64,000 nt of DNA from an uncultured Smithella sp. (GTDB taxonomy: Bacteria > Desulfobacterota > Syntrophia > Syntrophales > Smithellaceae), in NCBI GenBank assembly GCA_964480875.1, contig CAYZRT010000001.1, positions 8,130 to 72,129 on the forward strand. Direction: 5' to 3'. Under the pieces are notes generated by a model. That model saw nothing but the letters and a program-made list of their open reading frames with translations. It did not search any database and was not told the origin of the DNA. The stretch's first letter is position 1. Each line of letters begins with the position of its first letter. The position numbers and the translations under genes are program-made. This document shows, piece after piece, positions 20,549-31,659 of this stretch.

Positions 20549-21487
20549 ATGAAAAGAATATTAATTACCGGTGGATCTGGTTTTTTAGGTTCTCACCTAT
20601 GTAAAAAGCTTTTAGAAGAAGGCAACCATGTCATTTGTCTGGATAATTTTCTTACCGGCGATAAAAACAATATTGCTCCTCTCCTGGAAAAAAATAATTT
20701 TGAATTAATTCATCACGACATCATTCATCCTATCTATCTGGATGTTGAAGAAATATATAACCTTGCCTGTCCGGCATCCCCCGTACATTACCAGAACAAT
20801 CCCATCAAAACCATCAAGACCAATGTATTGGGCGTGATAAACGTTCTTGGTATTGCCAAAAGAACCAAAGCAAAAATACTTCAGGCCTCTACGTCAGAAA
20901 TATACGGCGATCCCGAAGTGCATCCGCAAAAAGAATCCTACTGGGGGAAAGTCAATCCGATAGGAATCCGCAGTTGTTATGATGAAGGAAAAAGAGCGGC
21001 AGAGTGTCTGATGATGGATTACCGGCGGCAAAACGGCGTTCGTATAAAAATAGCCCGCATCTTTAATACCTATGGGCCGCGGATGTCGATCCATGACGGC
21101 CGCGTTGTAAGCAATTTTATTATCCAGGCCCTCCAGAATAAAAATATCACGGTCTATGGCGATGGCTCACAAACCAGATCGTTCTGTTACGTGGATGATA
21201 TGATTGACGGGCTGACCGGAATGATGAATTCCGAAGATAATTTTTACGGTCCGGTCAACATCGGTAATCCTGTAGAATTTACCATTCTGCAGTTGGCAGA
21301 AAAAGTAATCGCTTTGACCAGCAGCCACTCCCGCATTGAATATCTTCCTTTGCCTGAAGATGATCCTCTTCAACGCAGGCCGGATATCATTCTTGCCCAA
21401 GAGAAACTGGGGTGGATTCCCAGAATTCATCTGGAAGAAGGTTTGGCAAAAACCATTGACTATTTCCGTGTCGCATTAAAAGCATGA
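20549..21487 (+). CDS. UDP-glucuronate decarboxylase (UDP-xylose synthase), SDR family
   Basis: 312 aa with [20 protein letters not shown] and the [11 protein letters not shown] motif. Confidence 0.9.
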   Translation: MKRILITGGSGFLGSHLCKKLLEEGNHVICLDNFLTGDKNNIAPLLEKNNFELIHHDIIHPIYLDVEEIYNLACPASPVHYQNNPIKTIKTNVLGVINVLGIAKRTKAKILQASTSEIYGDPEVHPQKESYWGKVNPIGIRSCYDEGKRAAECLMMDYRRQNGVRIKIARIFNTYGPRMSIHDGRVVSNFIIQALQNKNITVYGDGSQTRSFCYVDDMIDGLTGMMNSEDNFYGPVNIGNPVEFTILQLAEKVIALTSSHSRIEYLPLPEDDPLQRRPDIILAQEKLGWIPRIHLEEGLAKTIDYFRVALKA

Positions 21488-21513
21488 TATACACATCGAG
21501 GAGCCCGAATAAA

Positions 21514-22890
21514 ATGAAATTTAAAAAGAAAATACTCTGTATCGGAGCCGGTTATGTAGGCGGTCCTTCCATGGCTATGATCGCACACAAATGCCCGGAT
21601 TATCGCATTACAGTCGTGGATATTAATTCAGAAAGAATTGATGCCTGGAATTCTCCCCATCTGCCGGTCTACGAACCTGGCCTCGATAAAATCGTAAAAA
21701 AATGCCGGGGAAAAAACTTATTTTTCAGCAAAGATATAGAAAATCAGATTAAAGAAAATGACTTAATTTTTGTCAGTGTCAACACGCCGACAAAAACATA
21801 TGGCGCCGGCGCCGATATGGCCGCCGACTTGCAATATTTGGAAAAAACAGCCCGTCAGATTTTAAAATATTCTCATTCCTCAAAAATTGTAATCGAAAAA
21901 AGCACCTTGCCGGTCAAAACGGCTCTCGCCATGGAGAAAATTCTATCTTCCGCAAAAGGAAAAATTAAATTCGACGTTCTTTCCAATCCGGAATTTATGG
22001 CGGAGGGCACGGCGATGAATGATCTGGAGAACCCCGATCGTGTTCTCATCGGTTCCCGTGAAACAAAAAGCGGATTAAAAGCAAGAGCCCGATTAGTAGA
22101 AATTTATGCCCGATGGGTTCCGCCTGAAAAAATCATCACGTCCAACATCTGGAGCAGCGAGCTGTCAAAATTAGTCGCCAACGCTTTTTTAGCTCAGCGC
22201 GTATCTTCCATCAATTCCATTTCTGCTTTATGCGAAAAAACAGATGCTGATATCGTTGAAGTCGCCAAAGCGGTGGGCCTGGATAGCAGAATCGGCGACA
22301 AATTTCTCAGAGCGGGTATCGGGTTTGGCGGTTCCTGTTTTAAAAAGGATATTTTAAATCTTGTTTATCTCTGCCATTATTATGGACTGCGGGAGGTGGC
22401 CTCTTACTGGGAAAATATCATCAAGATTAATCAATATCAGCAGGATCGTTTTATTGCCAATATTCTTCACGCCATGTTCGGAACATTGGCCGGCAAAAAA
22501 ATATGTATTCTGGGTTTCGCATTTAAAGCAGACACAAGCGACACGCGAGAAAGCCCGGCAATTTACATTTCTCAAAAACTTCTGACCGAACAGGCGGAAC
22601 TAACCATCTCCGATCCGAAAGCGCTGAAAAACGCGGCCATTGACCTTGCCGGGGTCAAGGGAAAGATAACCTATATTGACGATCCTTATAAAGCGGCAGC
22701 CGGTTGTCACGCACTGGTGATTTTAACCGATTGGGACGTGTATCGGAGACTTGATTACAGGAAAATATACCGTTCCATGACGAAGCCTGCTTTTCTTTTC
22801 GACGGACGGAATGTCGTTGATTATAAAAAATGTCATGCCATAGGATTTAATATATACACGATCGGGAAGCAGGCTTTAACGCATTTCTAA
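21514..22890 (+). CDS. ugd: UDP-glucose 6-dehydrogenase
   Basis: It has ILCIGAGYVGG, GFGGSCFKKDI and the GFAFKADTSDTRESPA motif. I chose the start at M11 of the tracked ORF because a GAGGAG RBS lies 9 nt upstream. Confidence 0.9.
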   Translation: MKFKKKILCIGAGYVGGPSMAMIAHKCPDYRITVVDINSERIDAWNSPHLPVYEPGLDKIVKKCRGKNLFFSKDIENQIKENDLIFVSVNTPTKTYGAGADMAADLQYLEKTARQILKYSHSSKIVIEKSTLPVKTALAMEKILSSAKGKIKFDVLSNPEFMAEGTAMNDLENPDRVLIGSRETKSGLKARARLVEIYARWVPPEKIITSNIWSSELSKLVANAFLAQRVSSINSISALCEKTDADIVEVAKAVGLDSRIGDKFLRAGIGFGGSCFKKDILNLVYLCHYYGLREVASYWENIIKINQYQQDRFIANILHAMFGTLAGKKICILGFAFKADTSDTRESPAIYISQKLLTEQAELTISDPKALKNAAIDLAGVKGKITYIDDPYKAAAGCHALVILTDWDVYRRLDYRKIYRSMTKPAFLFDGRNVVDYKKCHAIGFNIYTIGKQALTHF

Positions 22891-22935
22891 CGTCGAATGC
22901 TCATGGGATATCGATATAGTCCGAATCAACTTTGG

Positions 22936-22963
22936 CGGTGAAATCGTTTCGCTCGTTTTTCCG
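22936..22963. repeat. single hairpin of the dispersed repeat family (locus D)
   Basis: cggtgaaa-tcgtttcgctcg-tttttccg. The loop shares the cgtttcgctc core with 47611-47625. It lies between the convergent ugd and yraN genes. Confidence 0.5.
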
Positions 22964-22977
22964 ATGATCAGAGACTT

Positions 22978-23349
22978 TCATGAAATAAAATCAAAAGCGT
23001 TTTTAATCAACTTAATGTCCTGGTTTGGACCGGACATGGTTACGGCCACCACATCAAACCGTGCGTTCACGTCTAAAAGATGTTTCGCTTGTAAATAATA
23101 TAACGCCACCTGGGATATTTTTCTTTGCTTTTTCATCCCCACCGCCTGCTCCGGATATCCCAGTTCTTCTGATTTTCTTGTTTTGACTTCAATAAAAACA
23201 TATTCACCGCTTTCTAGGGCGATAAGATCTATTTCCCCAAGCGCGCAGCGGAAATTAGTTTCTAAAATGCGGTAACCTTTTTTCTTAAGAAAAGACACCG
23301 CTATTTCTTCGCCTTTTTTTCCCGTAATAATTTTTGTCAGGTTTTTCAT
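22978..23349 (-). CDS. yraN: YraN-family endonuclease (UPF0102)
   Basis: 123 aa with GEIDLIA..FIEVKTR. Confidence 0.85.
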   Translation of the reverse strand: MKNLTKIITGKKGEEIAVSFLKKKGYRILETNFRCALGEIDLIALESGEYVFIEVKTRKSEELGYPEQAVGMKKQRKISQVALYYLQAKHLLDVNARFDVVAVTMSGPNQDIKLIKNAFDFIS

Positions 23350-23350
23350 T

Positions 23351-23968
23351 TTAAACAGAAAAATTAAAGGAGGATTGATTTAAGTTTTTAACATGAAATG
23401 ATTTACGATGAATTTTACAGATACCAAATTCTCTGATGGCGTTGACATGTTCCCTCGTTCCATAGCCCTTGTTTTTTTGAAAATTATACTGAGGAAACTG
23501 GCGGTGATACATTTCCATGATCCGGTCACGAGTCACTTTGGCCATAATGGATGCGGCGGCAATGGAAATGCTTAAATTGTCTCCCTTGACCAGAGGCTTT
23601 TGCGGGGTAATGATGGGAATGCGATGCAAACCGTCCACCAAAAGAAAGTCAGGAGACGCGGCAAGGTCCAGAACGGCGTCGCGCATTGCCTTTAGCGATG
23701 CCTGTAAAATATTGACCCGGTCAATCACATCGGCATCGACCACCCGGATGCCAATGGCCATGGCGTCTTTTTCAATTATTTCGTATAAATTTTCTCTTTT
23801 CGTGACGGATAATTTTTTCGAATCGTTTATTTCGGTATAGCAATAATCGGGAGGAAAAATGACCGCCGCGGCAACCACCGGCCCTGCCAAAGGCCCCCTG
23901 CCTGCTTCGTCGACTCCGGCAATCAGATGATACCCTTCCCGACGGGCCATTTTTTCAAAAGTATCCAT
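23351..23968 (-). CDS. rnhB: ribonuclease HII
   Basis: 205 aa with AGVDEAGRGPLAGPVV and DSKKL. Confidence 0.95.
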   Translation of the reverse strand: MDTFEKMARREGYHLIAGVDEAGRGPLAGPVVAAAVIFPPDYCYTEINDSKKLSVTKRENLYEIIEKDAMAIGIRVVDADVIDRVNILQASLKAMRDAVLDLAASPDFLLVDGLHRIPIITPQKPLVKGDNLSISIAAASIMAKVTRDRIMEMYHRQFPQYNFQKNKGYGTREHVNAIREFGICKIHRKSFHVKNLNQSSFNFSV

Positions 23969-24046
23969 TAAAAACTAAAATCCTTTAGTTTTTTAAAAAT
24001 GTTAACGCTTCAACAATATGGATGAAAAAAATGCAGTATCAGTAAT

Positions 24047-24394
24047 TTATTGTTTGGATGCGTCCTTAATCCTTGCTTTTTTACCTCTTAAATTTCTCAG
24101 ATAATAAAGACGGGATCTGCGCACTTTGCCTCTGCTGATAACTTCAATCTGGTCAATGATCGGAGAATGCAAAGGAAATGTTCTTTCCACACCAACGCCG
24201 TAGGAAATTTTCCTGACCGTAAAATTTGCACGGCTATTACCGCTTCTTTTGCGAATGACAACTCCCTCAAAAGCCTGTATTCTCTGCTTCTGTCCTTCAA
24301 TAATTCTAACGTGAACTTTTACGGTATCACCGGTTTTGAAACCGGGAATGTCAGCTCTCATTTGTTCTTTTTCTACCATGTCTACCACATTCAT
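24047..24394 (-). CDS. rplS: 50S ribosomal protein L19
   Basis: 115 aa with [24 protein letters not shown]. Confidence 0.97.
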   Translation of the reverse strand: MNVVDMVEKEQMRADIPGFKTGDTVKVHVRIIEGQKQRIQAFEGVVIRKRSGNSRANFTVRKISYGVGVERTFPLHSPIIDQIEVISRGKVRRSRLYYLRNLRGKKARIKDASKQ

Positions 24395-24431
24395 ATATTC
24401 TTCCTCCCGCTATGATTGCTTTTTCAAAATA

Positions 24432-24983
24432 TTAAACACCCATAATTTTGTCCATAATAATGGCCACGGCCGAGCGCACCGCCAGATGATTATAACCGGC
24501 ATGCCCCCTGATAGGCTCCAGTTTAAAATCAGATTCATTGACAATTTCATCTGCTAATCCGGAACCCGTGCCGAACATTAAAAGATAAGGTTCCTGATTG
24601 TTTCGCAATATCTTTTTCAATTCGGTAAATTTTAAAATATCCCCTGTAAAATTCGCTCCGGTGACAATCGTTTTCGGCCTGCAACCGCTTTTTTTGCTAA
24701 CATCACCAATGACGTCCTTTAATTCCGCTATAACATGAATCAATTCAAAAGCATTCTTTCGGAATTGATTGTAATCTGCCCCGTACCCTTTATGCCAGTG
24801 GTCGATGATCTCCTGTGCCAGATGGCGCTGCTCTTCAACGGGGTTAACAATATAAAATCCGCTTGCAGAATACGTTTTGGCGATTCTGGCAATGTCGTGA
24901 ATGTCCATATTGGCAATTGAAGTCGTTACAACCCTTCGATCTTTATTATATACCGGATAATGTAAAAGAGCGATATAAAGCAT
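24432..24983 (-). CDS. predicted SPOUT-type RNA methyltransferase-like protein
   Basis: 183 aa starting MLYIALLHYPVYNK. It occupies the conserved slot between trmD and rplS. The family assignment is from memory only. Confidence 0.5.
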   Translation of the reverse strand: MLYIALLHYPVYNKDRRVVTTSIANMDIHDIARIAKTYSASGFYIVNPVEEQRHLAQEIIDHWHKGYGADYNQFRKNAFELIHVIAELKDVIGDVSKKSGCRPKTIVTGANFTGDILKFTELKKILRNNQEPYLLMFGTGSGLADEIVNESDFKLEPIRGHAGYNHLAVRSAVAIIMDKIMGV

Positions 24984-25065
24984 TAAAGCTTTTCCATTTA
25001 AAACAAAACGATCCTAATTCATTCGGCGCAAACCCATACATTAAATATTTCTTAAAATCAAGATT

Positions 25066-25800
25066 TTATTCTTCTTTGATTTCATTTAGCATTTTCCTGT
25101 CTTCCGCTGAAAGCCTGGTTTTCTTCAATAAATCCGGTCTTCTCTGATACGTTTTCCTGAGCGATTCTTTTTTCCGCCAACGTTCGATTTCAGCATGATT
25201 TCCGCAAAGCAGGACATCCGGCACTTTCCAACCTTTATAATCCGCCGGTCTTGTGTACTGGGGATATTCCAACAGGTGCTGTGAAAACGTTTCGCTGAGT
25301 TTTGAATCCGGATTTCCCAGAAAATCAGGAAGTAAACGGGAAACGGCATCGATTAAAACCATAGCCGCCAGTTCTCCGCCGGTTAAAATATAATCCCCTA
25401 TGGATATTTCCCTGTCCACCAGATGTTCTCTTATTCTTTCATCAACCCCTTCATAGCGACCGCAAAGAATGATGATCCGCTGTTTCCCGCAAAGTTCTGC
25501 CGCCATTTGCTGATTGAAAACTTCTCCCTGGGGAGTCATCAAAATGACGGTGGCGTCTTCGTGATCATCCTTCCTGATGGCGGATAAAGCCTTTTCCACC
25601 GGTTCCAATTTCATGACCATGCCACACCCGCCTCCGTACGGCGCGTCATCGGTCATTTTGTGTTTATCATACGCCCAGTCGCGTATGTCATACAATGAAA
25701 TATCGATAATGCCTTTTTCCCGGGCTTTTTTTAACAGGCTAAAACCGAGCGGCGATGAAAACATCTCTGGAAAAATGGAAAGGATATCAAATTTGATCAC
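25066..25800 (-). CDS. trmD: tRNA (guanine37-N1)-methyltransferase
   Basis: 244 aa with [24 protein letters not shown] and [11 protein letters not shown]. Confidence 0.97.
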   Translation of the reverse strand: MIKFDILSIFPEMFSSPLGFSLLKKAREKGIIDISLYDIRDWAYDKHKMTDDAPYGGGCGMVMKLEPVEKALSAIRKDDHEDATVILMTPQGEVFNQQMAAELCGKQRIIILCGRYEGVDERIREHLVDREISIGDYILTGGELAAMVLIDAVSRLLPDFLGNPDSKLSETFSQHLLEYPQYTRPADYKGWKVPDVLLCGNHAEIERWRKKESLRKTYQRRPDLLKKTRLSAEDRKMLNEIKEE

Positions 25801-25802
25801 GG

Positions 25803-26318
25803 TTACAATCCGTCTGGTATTTTTACGGTCATCCGTCGTTGATTGACGTCTATCTTCCTGATGACATGAGATACTGCGGGAAGAAGTATTTCTTTATTTT
25901 TCCCGCGACAGACATAAACATCATTACTGCCCGTGGGGAAAATAGACTCTATTTTGCCCAGGCATTGCCCTTCTTCATTATAAACATCCAAACCGATAAT
26001 GTCGTGAACGTAATATTCTCCAGGAGGCAATGCTTGCAGAATATCTTTTGGGAAATAAACTTTAGCTCCAATAAACGCCCTGGCCGAATCCCCATCGTTT
26101 ATTGCTTCAACTTCAATAAAAAATGCGCTACCGGCCATTTCAATTTTTTTTAAGCCAAAACGATTTTTTTGCCCGGGAATTTTTTCAATATAAATAAAAT
26201 CAGGTTTTAAAAAATGACTTGCGGTCTCCAAAAACGACAAAACCTTCATGCATCCCCGGAGACCGCGAATCTTTACAATCTCTCCAGCTTCAAAGAGATC
26301 CATTGTATATCTATTCAA
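25803..26318 (-). CDS. rimM: 16S rRNA processing protein RimM
   Basis: 171 aa with the RimM/PRC-barrel pattern. It sits in the rpsP-rimM-trmD context. Confidence 0.85.
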   Translation of the reverse strand: MNRYTMDLFEAGEIVKIRGLRGCMKVLSFLETASHFLKPDFIYIEKIPGQKNRFGLKKIEMAGSAFFIEVEAINDGDSARAFIGAKVYFPKDILQALPPGEYYVHDIIGLDVYNEEGQCLGKIESIFPTGSNDVYVCRGKNKEILLPAVSHVIRKIDVNQRRMTVKIPDGL

Positions 26319-26547
26319 TTATTTCTAAAACAGCCCGCTTATGAGCCTTGGCCGATGCGGCGCTTAAAATCATCCGGATAGCCTTGGCGGTTCTGCCCTG
26401 CTTGCCGATGACCTTGCCCAAATCTTCTTTGGCCACACGCAGTTCAATAACAGATGTTTGTTCGCCGATTACTTCAGTTACTTCAACCTTATCCGGGAAA
26501 TCTACCAAAGCCTGAGATATATACTTGATCAATTCTTTCATCGTCAT
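26311..26547 (-). CDS. KH-domain RNA-binding protein (UPF0109/YlqC)
   Basis: 78 aa with [19 protein letters not shown]. Confidence 0.85.
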   Translation of the reverse strand: MTMKELIKYISQALVDFPDKVEVTEVIGEQTSVIELRVAKEDLGKVIGKQGRTAKAIRMILSAASAKAHKRAVLEIIE

Positions 26548-26637
26548 AACCTCCGCTGAGTTTAATGAATTCTATTTAGAAATAATTTTTTCAATAACAG
26601 ATTGCTTTTAAATAAATTGTGGCTCAAATTAAAACAT

Positions 26638-26892
26638 TTATTTGATCTTGGCTTCTATACCCTTTGTCTTCAGCAAATTAGCTACTGTCAGAGTTGCCTT
26701 GGCACCCTTGGACAACCATTTACGAACACGATCTTCCTTTACAATAACCTCTGCCGGATTCTTCTTTGGATCATAATTGCCCAGAATTTCCAGAAATCTG
26801 CCATCACGCGGAAAATCAGTATCAGCCGCCACAATTCGATAAAAAGGTTTGCCTTTGGCACCCATCCGAGTCAGTCTAATTTTAACACCCAT
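26638..26892 (-). CDS. rpsP: 30S ribosomal protein S16
   Basis: 84 aa starting MGVKIRLTRMGAKGKPFYRIVAAD. Confidence 0.97.
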   Translation of the reverse strand: MGVKIRLTRMGAKGKPFYRIVAADTDFPRDGRFLEILGNYDPKKNPAEVIVKEDRVRKWLSKGAKATLTVANLLKTKGIEAKIK

Positions 26893-26962
26893 CGATTTTA
26901 AATAATACCTCCTTCAATTAAATTTTTTGGAATGCATTTAATTTATCATAATTCCCCAAATA

Positions 26963-28297
26963 TTAAAAGGGAAAATTCCTCATTAAAGATTTTATCCCAT
27001 CTTTTTTACTAAATTTTTTCATCATTTTCCTTATTTCCACATAATTTTTCAATAAAAGATTAACATCCTGCACGGATGTCCCGCTCCCCAAGGCTATTCT
27101 TTTACGCCGTCGTCCGTCAATCATTAAATAATTATAACGTTCTTCCCGGGTCATGGAATCTATAATGGCTGTAATTTTAACAAGTTGTTTATCATCAGGC
27201 TCAAGATCTTTAAGGGACTTCATTTTCCCCAATCCGGGAATCATACCCAGAATATCCTTGATGGATCCCATTTTCTTTATTTGAGCCAGTTGATTGCGGA
27301 AATCTTCCAGAGTGAAACTGTTCTTTTTAATGCTTTTCTCGAGTTCCAGAGCCGCTTTTTGGTCAATATTGGCCTGAGCTTTTTCAACAAGAGTGAGGAT
27401 GTCACCCATGCCCAGGATCCGGGAGGCCATTCTTGCCGGATGAAAGACTTCCAGATTATCTATCTTTTCACCCATGCCAACAAATTTTATGGGCTTGCCA
27501 ATAACCGACTTTAGGGACAGCGCACTGCCGCCACGGGCATCGCCATCCATTTTTGTCATAATAACGCCGTCAATCCCGATTAATTCATTGAATTTGGCGC
27601 CGACATTCACGGCATCCTGACCGGTCATGGCATCTGCAACATAGATAATTTCAGCGGGATTGACTTTGTTTTTAATCTTCTGAAGTTCTTCCATCAAATG
27701 ATTATCGATATGCAATCTACCGGCGGTATCAATAATCAGCACCTCATAACCGTTTTTTCGGGCGTCTTCCACGGCCTGAAAACATATTTCCACAGGGTCT
27801 TTCAGGCTTTTGTCTTCAAATACCTGTGCGTTGATCTGTTTTCCCAGCAGGGATAACTGTTCGATAGCCGCCGGCCGGTAAACGTCAGCGGATACAAGGC
27901 AGACTTTTTTCATTTCCTTTCCTAATAAAAGCGCCAGTTTTGCTGCGGTTGTCGTTTTGCCGCATCCCTGAAGACCGATCAGCATAATAACCGAAGGAAT
28001 CCGTGCTCCAAATTTGATGCTGGAACTGACGCCACCCATGAGTTCCACCAGCCGGTCATGGACGATTTTTACAATTTGCTGACCGGGTGTGATGCTTTCA
28101 AGGACTTCCTTTCCCACAGCTTTGACACGCACGTCTTCAATGAAATCTTTGGCTACTTTGAAATTAACATCCGCCTCCAGTAGGGCCATGCGAATTTCCT
28201 TGAGCGACGCATTGACATTTTCTTCCGTCAAAATTCCGCGCCCTTTCAATTTCTTAAAAATATTTTCCAGTTTTTCAGAAAGATTTTCGAACATCAT
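26963..28297 (-). CDS. ffh: signal recognition particle protein
   Basis: 444 aa with an NG domain (GLQGCGKTTTAAKLA, DTAGR) and a Met-rich M domain. Confidence 0.97.
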   Translation of the reverse strand: MMFENLSEKLENIFKKLKGRGILTEENVNASLKEIRMALLEADVNFKVAKDFIEDVRVKAVGKEVLESITPGQQIVKIVHDRLVELMGGVSSSIKFGARIPSVIMLIGLQGCGKTTTAAKLALLLGKEMKKVCLVSADVYRPAAIEQLSLLGKQINAQVFEDKSLKDPVEICFQAVEDARKNGYEVLIIDTAGRLHIDNHLMEELQKIKNKVNPAEIIYVADAMTGQDAVNVGAKFNELIGIDGVIMTKMDGDARGGSALSLKSVIGKPIKFVGMGEKIDNLEVFHPARMASRILGMGDILTLVEKAQANIDQKAALELEKSIKKNSFTLEDFRNQLAQIKKMGSIKDILGMIPGLGKMKSLKDLEPDDKQLVKITAIIDSMTREERYNYLMIDGRRRKRIALGSGTSVQDVNLLLKNYVEIRKMMKKFSKKDGIKSLMRNFPF

Positions 28298-28313
28298 TAA
28301 ACATCCATATTTT

Positions 28314-29177
28314 TTAGTTTTCTTTTGCTTTAATCTCTATTTTTTTTATCATGCACTTTGTTTTTGTTTTCGCTGAAATCTTGTTTGCGGCTTTTTGGGC
28401 CTGTTCCCTGTCGTTTATATCCGAAACCACCACCCGGTAGAGAACGCCTTTCCCCTTGATGTCTGTTTTAATTATTTTAGGGTGAAAGCCCAGAGAGGCT
28501 ATTTCCTTATTCATCTTATAGGCTGTTGATTTATCCCTGAGTGAAGCCACCTGTATGATGAATTTGTGCGTGACCACGGAATTTTCATGGTCTGAGGTTA
28601 CCGCGTTTTTACCTGCAGATACAATTTTTTTCTTTGAATCTGATTGAAGAATTTCCTTTTCTTTCACCGTCTCTTTACCGTCTTTCATCTGCGTTGCGGA
28701 TTGATTGTATGAAAGAAAGTTATTGGGGGCTGTATTTTCAGTCGGTGTTTCGATATGGAATTTGCCTTGCTGATTTTCATCATCGTTTATGGGAGCGGCA
28801 CCAACCGGTTTCTTTTCAACAAATGAATCCTCCCTCGCCATGCCCTTTTTGCTGGTTAACGTTTGATGATACGTTAAATCAAGATTTTCTTCAGGTGGCG
28901 CTGCCGCTAAATGCTGCGTTTCCGATGAGGGACTGTTCAGTATATCGCCGCGGGAGGCGCTTTGTTGCGCCAATTTTATTTTAGCCGGACGCCAGACCAG
29001 CGCCAGCGCTCTTTGCGGAAGTGATGCAATCTTTTCCGGATACGTTTCCATGTTTTGTCCAACAGTCACGCCGAATAAAAAAGACGCACATAAAAATGCG
29101 GTCATTCCCATAACAACAATCAATATTCCCGTTTTTCCTATTTTTAATTCAAATTTTTTTTCGTTTCCGGTGGCCAT
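28314..29177 (-). CDS. SPOR-domain membrane protein
   Basis: 287 aa with an N-terminal TM segment, a low-complexity linker, and a C-terminal SPOR-like FIIQVASLRDKSTAYKMNKEI..YRVVV. Confidence 0.7.
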   Translation of the reverse strand: MATGNEKKFELKIGKTGILIVVMGMTAFLCASFLFGVTVGQNMETYPEKIASLPQRALALVWRPAKIKLAQQSASRGDILNSPSSETQHLAAAPPEENLDLTYHQTLTSKKGMAREDSFVEKKPVGAAPINDDENQQGKFHIETPTENTAPNNFLSYNQSATQMKDGKETVKEKEILQSDSKKKIVSAGKNAVTSDHENSVVTHKFIIQVASLRDKSTAYKMNKEIASLGFHPKIIKTDIKGKGVLYRVVVSDINDREQAQKAANKISAKTKTKCMIKKIEIKAKEN

Positions 29178-29248
29178 GTATGCTGCTTCTTGCTATATAT
29201 TATAGAAATTTACTATCCACTATCAACTATTAACCATCCAGTATTCAT

Positions 29249-29486
29249 TATCCTACGTCGCTGCGCTGTTCACTATCCCGCTCCGTTTCGCTGCTAGATA
29301 TAACAGGGACTCCCTATCCTACGTCGCTGCGCTGTTCACTATCCCGCTCCGCTTCGCTACGGGGATAGTTCGCCTTACGCTTCAAACTTCGCTTCGCTCG
29401 TTTTCAGCTTGGCTCACTATCCCGCTCCGCTTCGCTACGGGGATAGTTCGTCCAACAAATTTCAGCGCGCTACGCTTCTGAAATTT
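29249..29486. repeat. composite intergenic repeat array (locus B of dispersed family)
   Basis: A 66-bp-period direct repeat: tatcctacgtcgctgcgctgttcactatcccgctccg(t/c)ttcgct at 29249 and 29315. Two copies of the hairpin actatccc-gctccgcttcgctac-ggggatagt (about 29338-29369 and 29415-29447). A 53-nt module at 29367-29419 matches 47713-47765 at 48 of 53 positions. A further hairpin is aaatttcag-cgcgctacgctt-ctgaaattt (29457-29486). Confidence 0.8.
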
Positions 29487-29494
29487 GGGTCTCA

Positions 29495-31159
29495 CTACAT
29501 CCTATCCGGTGCGTTGACGCCTAAAATAATCAAGGCATTTTGCAGGACGATTCTGACCGTTTTGATCAGGAAAAGCCTTGCCCGGGTCAATTTTCCGTCG
29601 TCGGAAATTACCTTGTTTTTGTTATAATAGCTATGAAAAACGGCCGCCAGTTCATTCAGATAAAAGGTGATGCGATGGGGCTCCAGGGTTTTGGCCGCGC
29701 CGTAAATCATTTCCGGATAGCGCACCAGCATTTTGATTAAATTAATCTCATCAGGCACTTTGAGCAGGAACGGATCAATCTCCGCGTAATCAGGCAGTTC
29801 AAACCCCTTTTCCTGAGCCATCCGGATAATACTGCAGATACGGGCATGCGAATACTGCACGTAATAAACAGGATTTTCATTGGATTGCTTTTTGGCCAGT
29901 TCCAGGTCAAAATCCAGATGGCTGTCGGAGCGCCGCATTAGAAAATTATAACGGGCGGCATCCCTGCCGACTTCGTCCAGAACCTCCCGCAACGTCACAA
30001 ATTCACCGGAGCGCGTCGACATCGCGACCGGAACTCCCCCGCGCAGCAGATTAACGAGCTGCACCAAAATTATTTTCAAATCTTCCTTCTTGTAACCCAG
30101 GGCCTGAATGCCCGCCCACACACGCGGCATATAGCCGTGATGGTCGGCGCCCCAGATGTCGATAAGCATTTCAAAACCCCGGGAAAACTTGTTTTGATGA
30201 TAGGCGATATCGGCGGCAAAATACGTGGGTTCGCCGTTTTTACGGATAACGACCCTGTCTTTTTCATCACCAAAGGCAGTCGTTTTGAACCACAGGGTTT
30301 CTCCGTCGGAATAAATGAATCCCTCCTTTTGCAGTTTGTCCAAAAGATTGTTCACGCCGTTGTTTTTATAAAGTTCCCGCTCGCTGAAATATTCGTCGAA
30401 CGCTACGCCGAAATCCTTCAAATCAACCTTGATTTCTTCCAGAATCAAACGGCCGGCGACATCGGTAAAATAAGGGATGGTCTTTTCTTCATCGGCCTGA
30501 AGATATTGGTCCCCTTCCCGCTCCCAAATGTCCCGCGCTATCTCTCGGATATAATCCCCCTGATAACAGGTTTCCGGAAATTCAATTTTCTCGCCGGTCA
30601 GTTCCCGGTAGCGCAACAGCACGGATTTTCCCAGATTGTTCATCTGGTTTCCGGCGTCATTGATATAGTATTCTTTGAATGCATTATATCCTGCCGTCTT
30701 CAAGAGGTTCGTGATGACATCGCCGACAACCGCGCCGCGCGCGTGACCGATATGCAGCGGCCCTGTGGGATTGGCGCTCACGAATTCCACCTGAACTTTT
30801 TTCCCCTGTCCCATCGTCAGACAGCCGTACTTTTCTTTCTGTTCATCGATGTTTTTTAACGCTTCAACCCAGACGTCGTTTTTGATAAAGAAGTTGATAA
30901 ATCCCGGTCCGGCAATTTGTGTCTTTTCGAGAATATTATCCTCATCGGATATGTTGTCCAGAATAATCTGGGCAATTTTTCGAGGATTTTGTTTGACGTG
31001 CGACGCCAGAATCATCGCGGCATTGGCGGCGTAATCGCCGTGCTGGGGATTGGCCGGCGGTTCCACTTCCAGATAAGGCAGGCTGAATTCGGGAAACAGG
31101 CCTTTCTGCCGGGAAACGTTTAAAGCGTTTTGCATTATTTTTACGATTTTATTTTTCAT
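29495..31159 (-). CDS. argS: arginine--tRNA ligase
   Basis: 554 aa with the class I signature ([14 protein letters not shown]) and the DALR anticodon-binding end. Confidence 0.97.
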   Translation of the reverse strand: MKNKIVKIMQNALNVSRQKGLFPEFSLPYLEVEPPANPQHGDYAANAAMILASHVKQNPRKIAQIILDNISDEDNILEKTQIAGPGFINFFIKNDVWVEALKNIDEQKEKYGCLTMGQGKKVQVEFVSANPTGPLHIGHARGAVVGDVITNLLKTAGYNAFKEYYINDAGNQMNNLGKSVLLRYRELTGEKIEFPETCYQGDYIREIARDIWEREGDQYLQADEEKTIPYFTDVAGRLILEEIKVDLKDFGVAFDEYFSERELYKNNGVNNLLDKLQKEGFIYSDGETLWFKTTAFGDEKDRVVIRKNGEPTYFAADIAYHQNKFSRGFEMLIDIWGADHHGYMPRVWAGIQALGYKKEDLKIILVQLVNLLRGGVPVAMSTRSGEFVTLREVLDEVGRDAARYNFLMRRSDSHLDFDLELAKKQSNENPVYYVQYSHARICSIIRMAQEKGFELPDYAEIDPFLLKVPDEINLIKMLVRYPEMIYGAAKTLEPHRITFYLNELAAVFHSYYNKNKVISDDGKLTRARLFLIKTVRIVLQNALIILGVNAPDRM

Positions 31160-31180
31160 TTTTCAGTCAATCCATCCATA

Positions 31181-31223
31181 TAAAAAAATGACAAGCAGCT
31201 ATAGTTATCATTTGCTGCTTGTC
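31181..31223 (-). terminator. rho-independent terminator
   Basis: The minus strand reads GACAAGCAGC-aaatgataactata-GCTGCTTGTC-ATTTTTTTA. It lies between the small Cys-rich ORF / pil region and argS. Confidence 0.8.
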
Positions 31224-31341
31224 ACTGCAAGTTTAACTGTTTTTTATTTTTCAGCGTAAACGGTCATCAAAAACGCACGCTCATTCCGCTATATGACGAA
31301 AATCACCTCACCGGTCCAAAATACAATCAGGCCCGCAATGA

Positions 31342-31515
31342 TTAAGCCTGCTGGTCCTTTTTCACCGCCTCGTCAATATCGCTGTCTCTAATGGACATGT
31401 CGCGCGAATAATCCGGGCAGCGCACGCATCCCTGGGCGTCCGTGGCAACACTGAACCTTTTTTGACAATTTGCTCTCCAGGCGCAGATCGCGCAATATTT
31501 CCGTTCTGAACTCAT
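31342..31515 (-). CDS. small Cys-rich protein, 57 aa (below the ORF-track cut-off)
   Basis: MSSERKYCAICAWRANCQKRFSVATDAQGCVRCPDYSRDMSIRDSDIDEAVKKDQQA. An AGGA lies 7 nt before the ATG. A candidate TTGACA-18-TAGTAA promoter is at 31632-31603, and an 8-bp inverted repeat pairs ggttacga with tcgtaacc (31558-31592). Confidence 0.45.
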   Translation of the reverse strand: MSSERKYCAICAWRANCQKRFSVATDAQGCVRCPDYSRDMSIRDSDIDEAVKKDQQA

Positions 31516-31659
31516 CGGCCCATCCTGCTGGAATTTATTTTTAAAATACTACGTTGCGGTTACGAACATGAACCATCTTCAGGCTCGTAACCTCTATGTG
31601 CATTACTACAAAAGAAACCTCTTTTATGTCAAGTCCTTTTAAAAGTTCACCTCTATATG

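Noticed and set aside
29178-29494. Possible CRISPR array (regularly spaced 66-bp-period repeats)
   Set aside because: There are only two full units. The intervening sequence is itself repeat-derived, not a unique spacer. No cas genes are in the window, and the repeats are shared with other intergenic loci.
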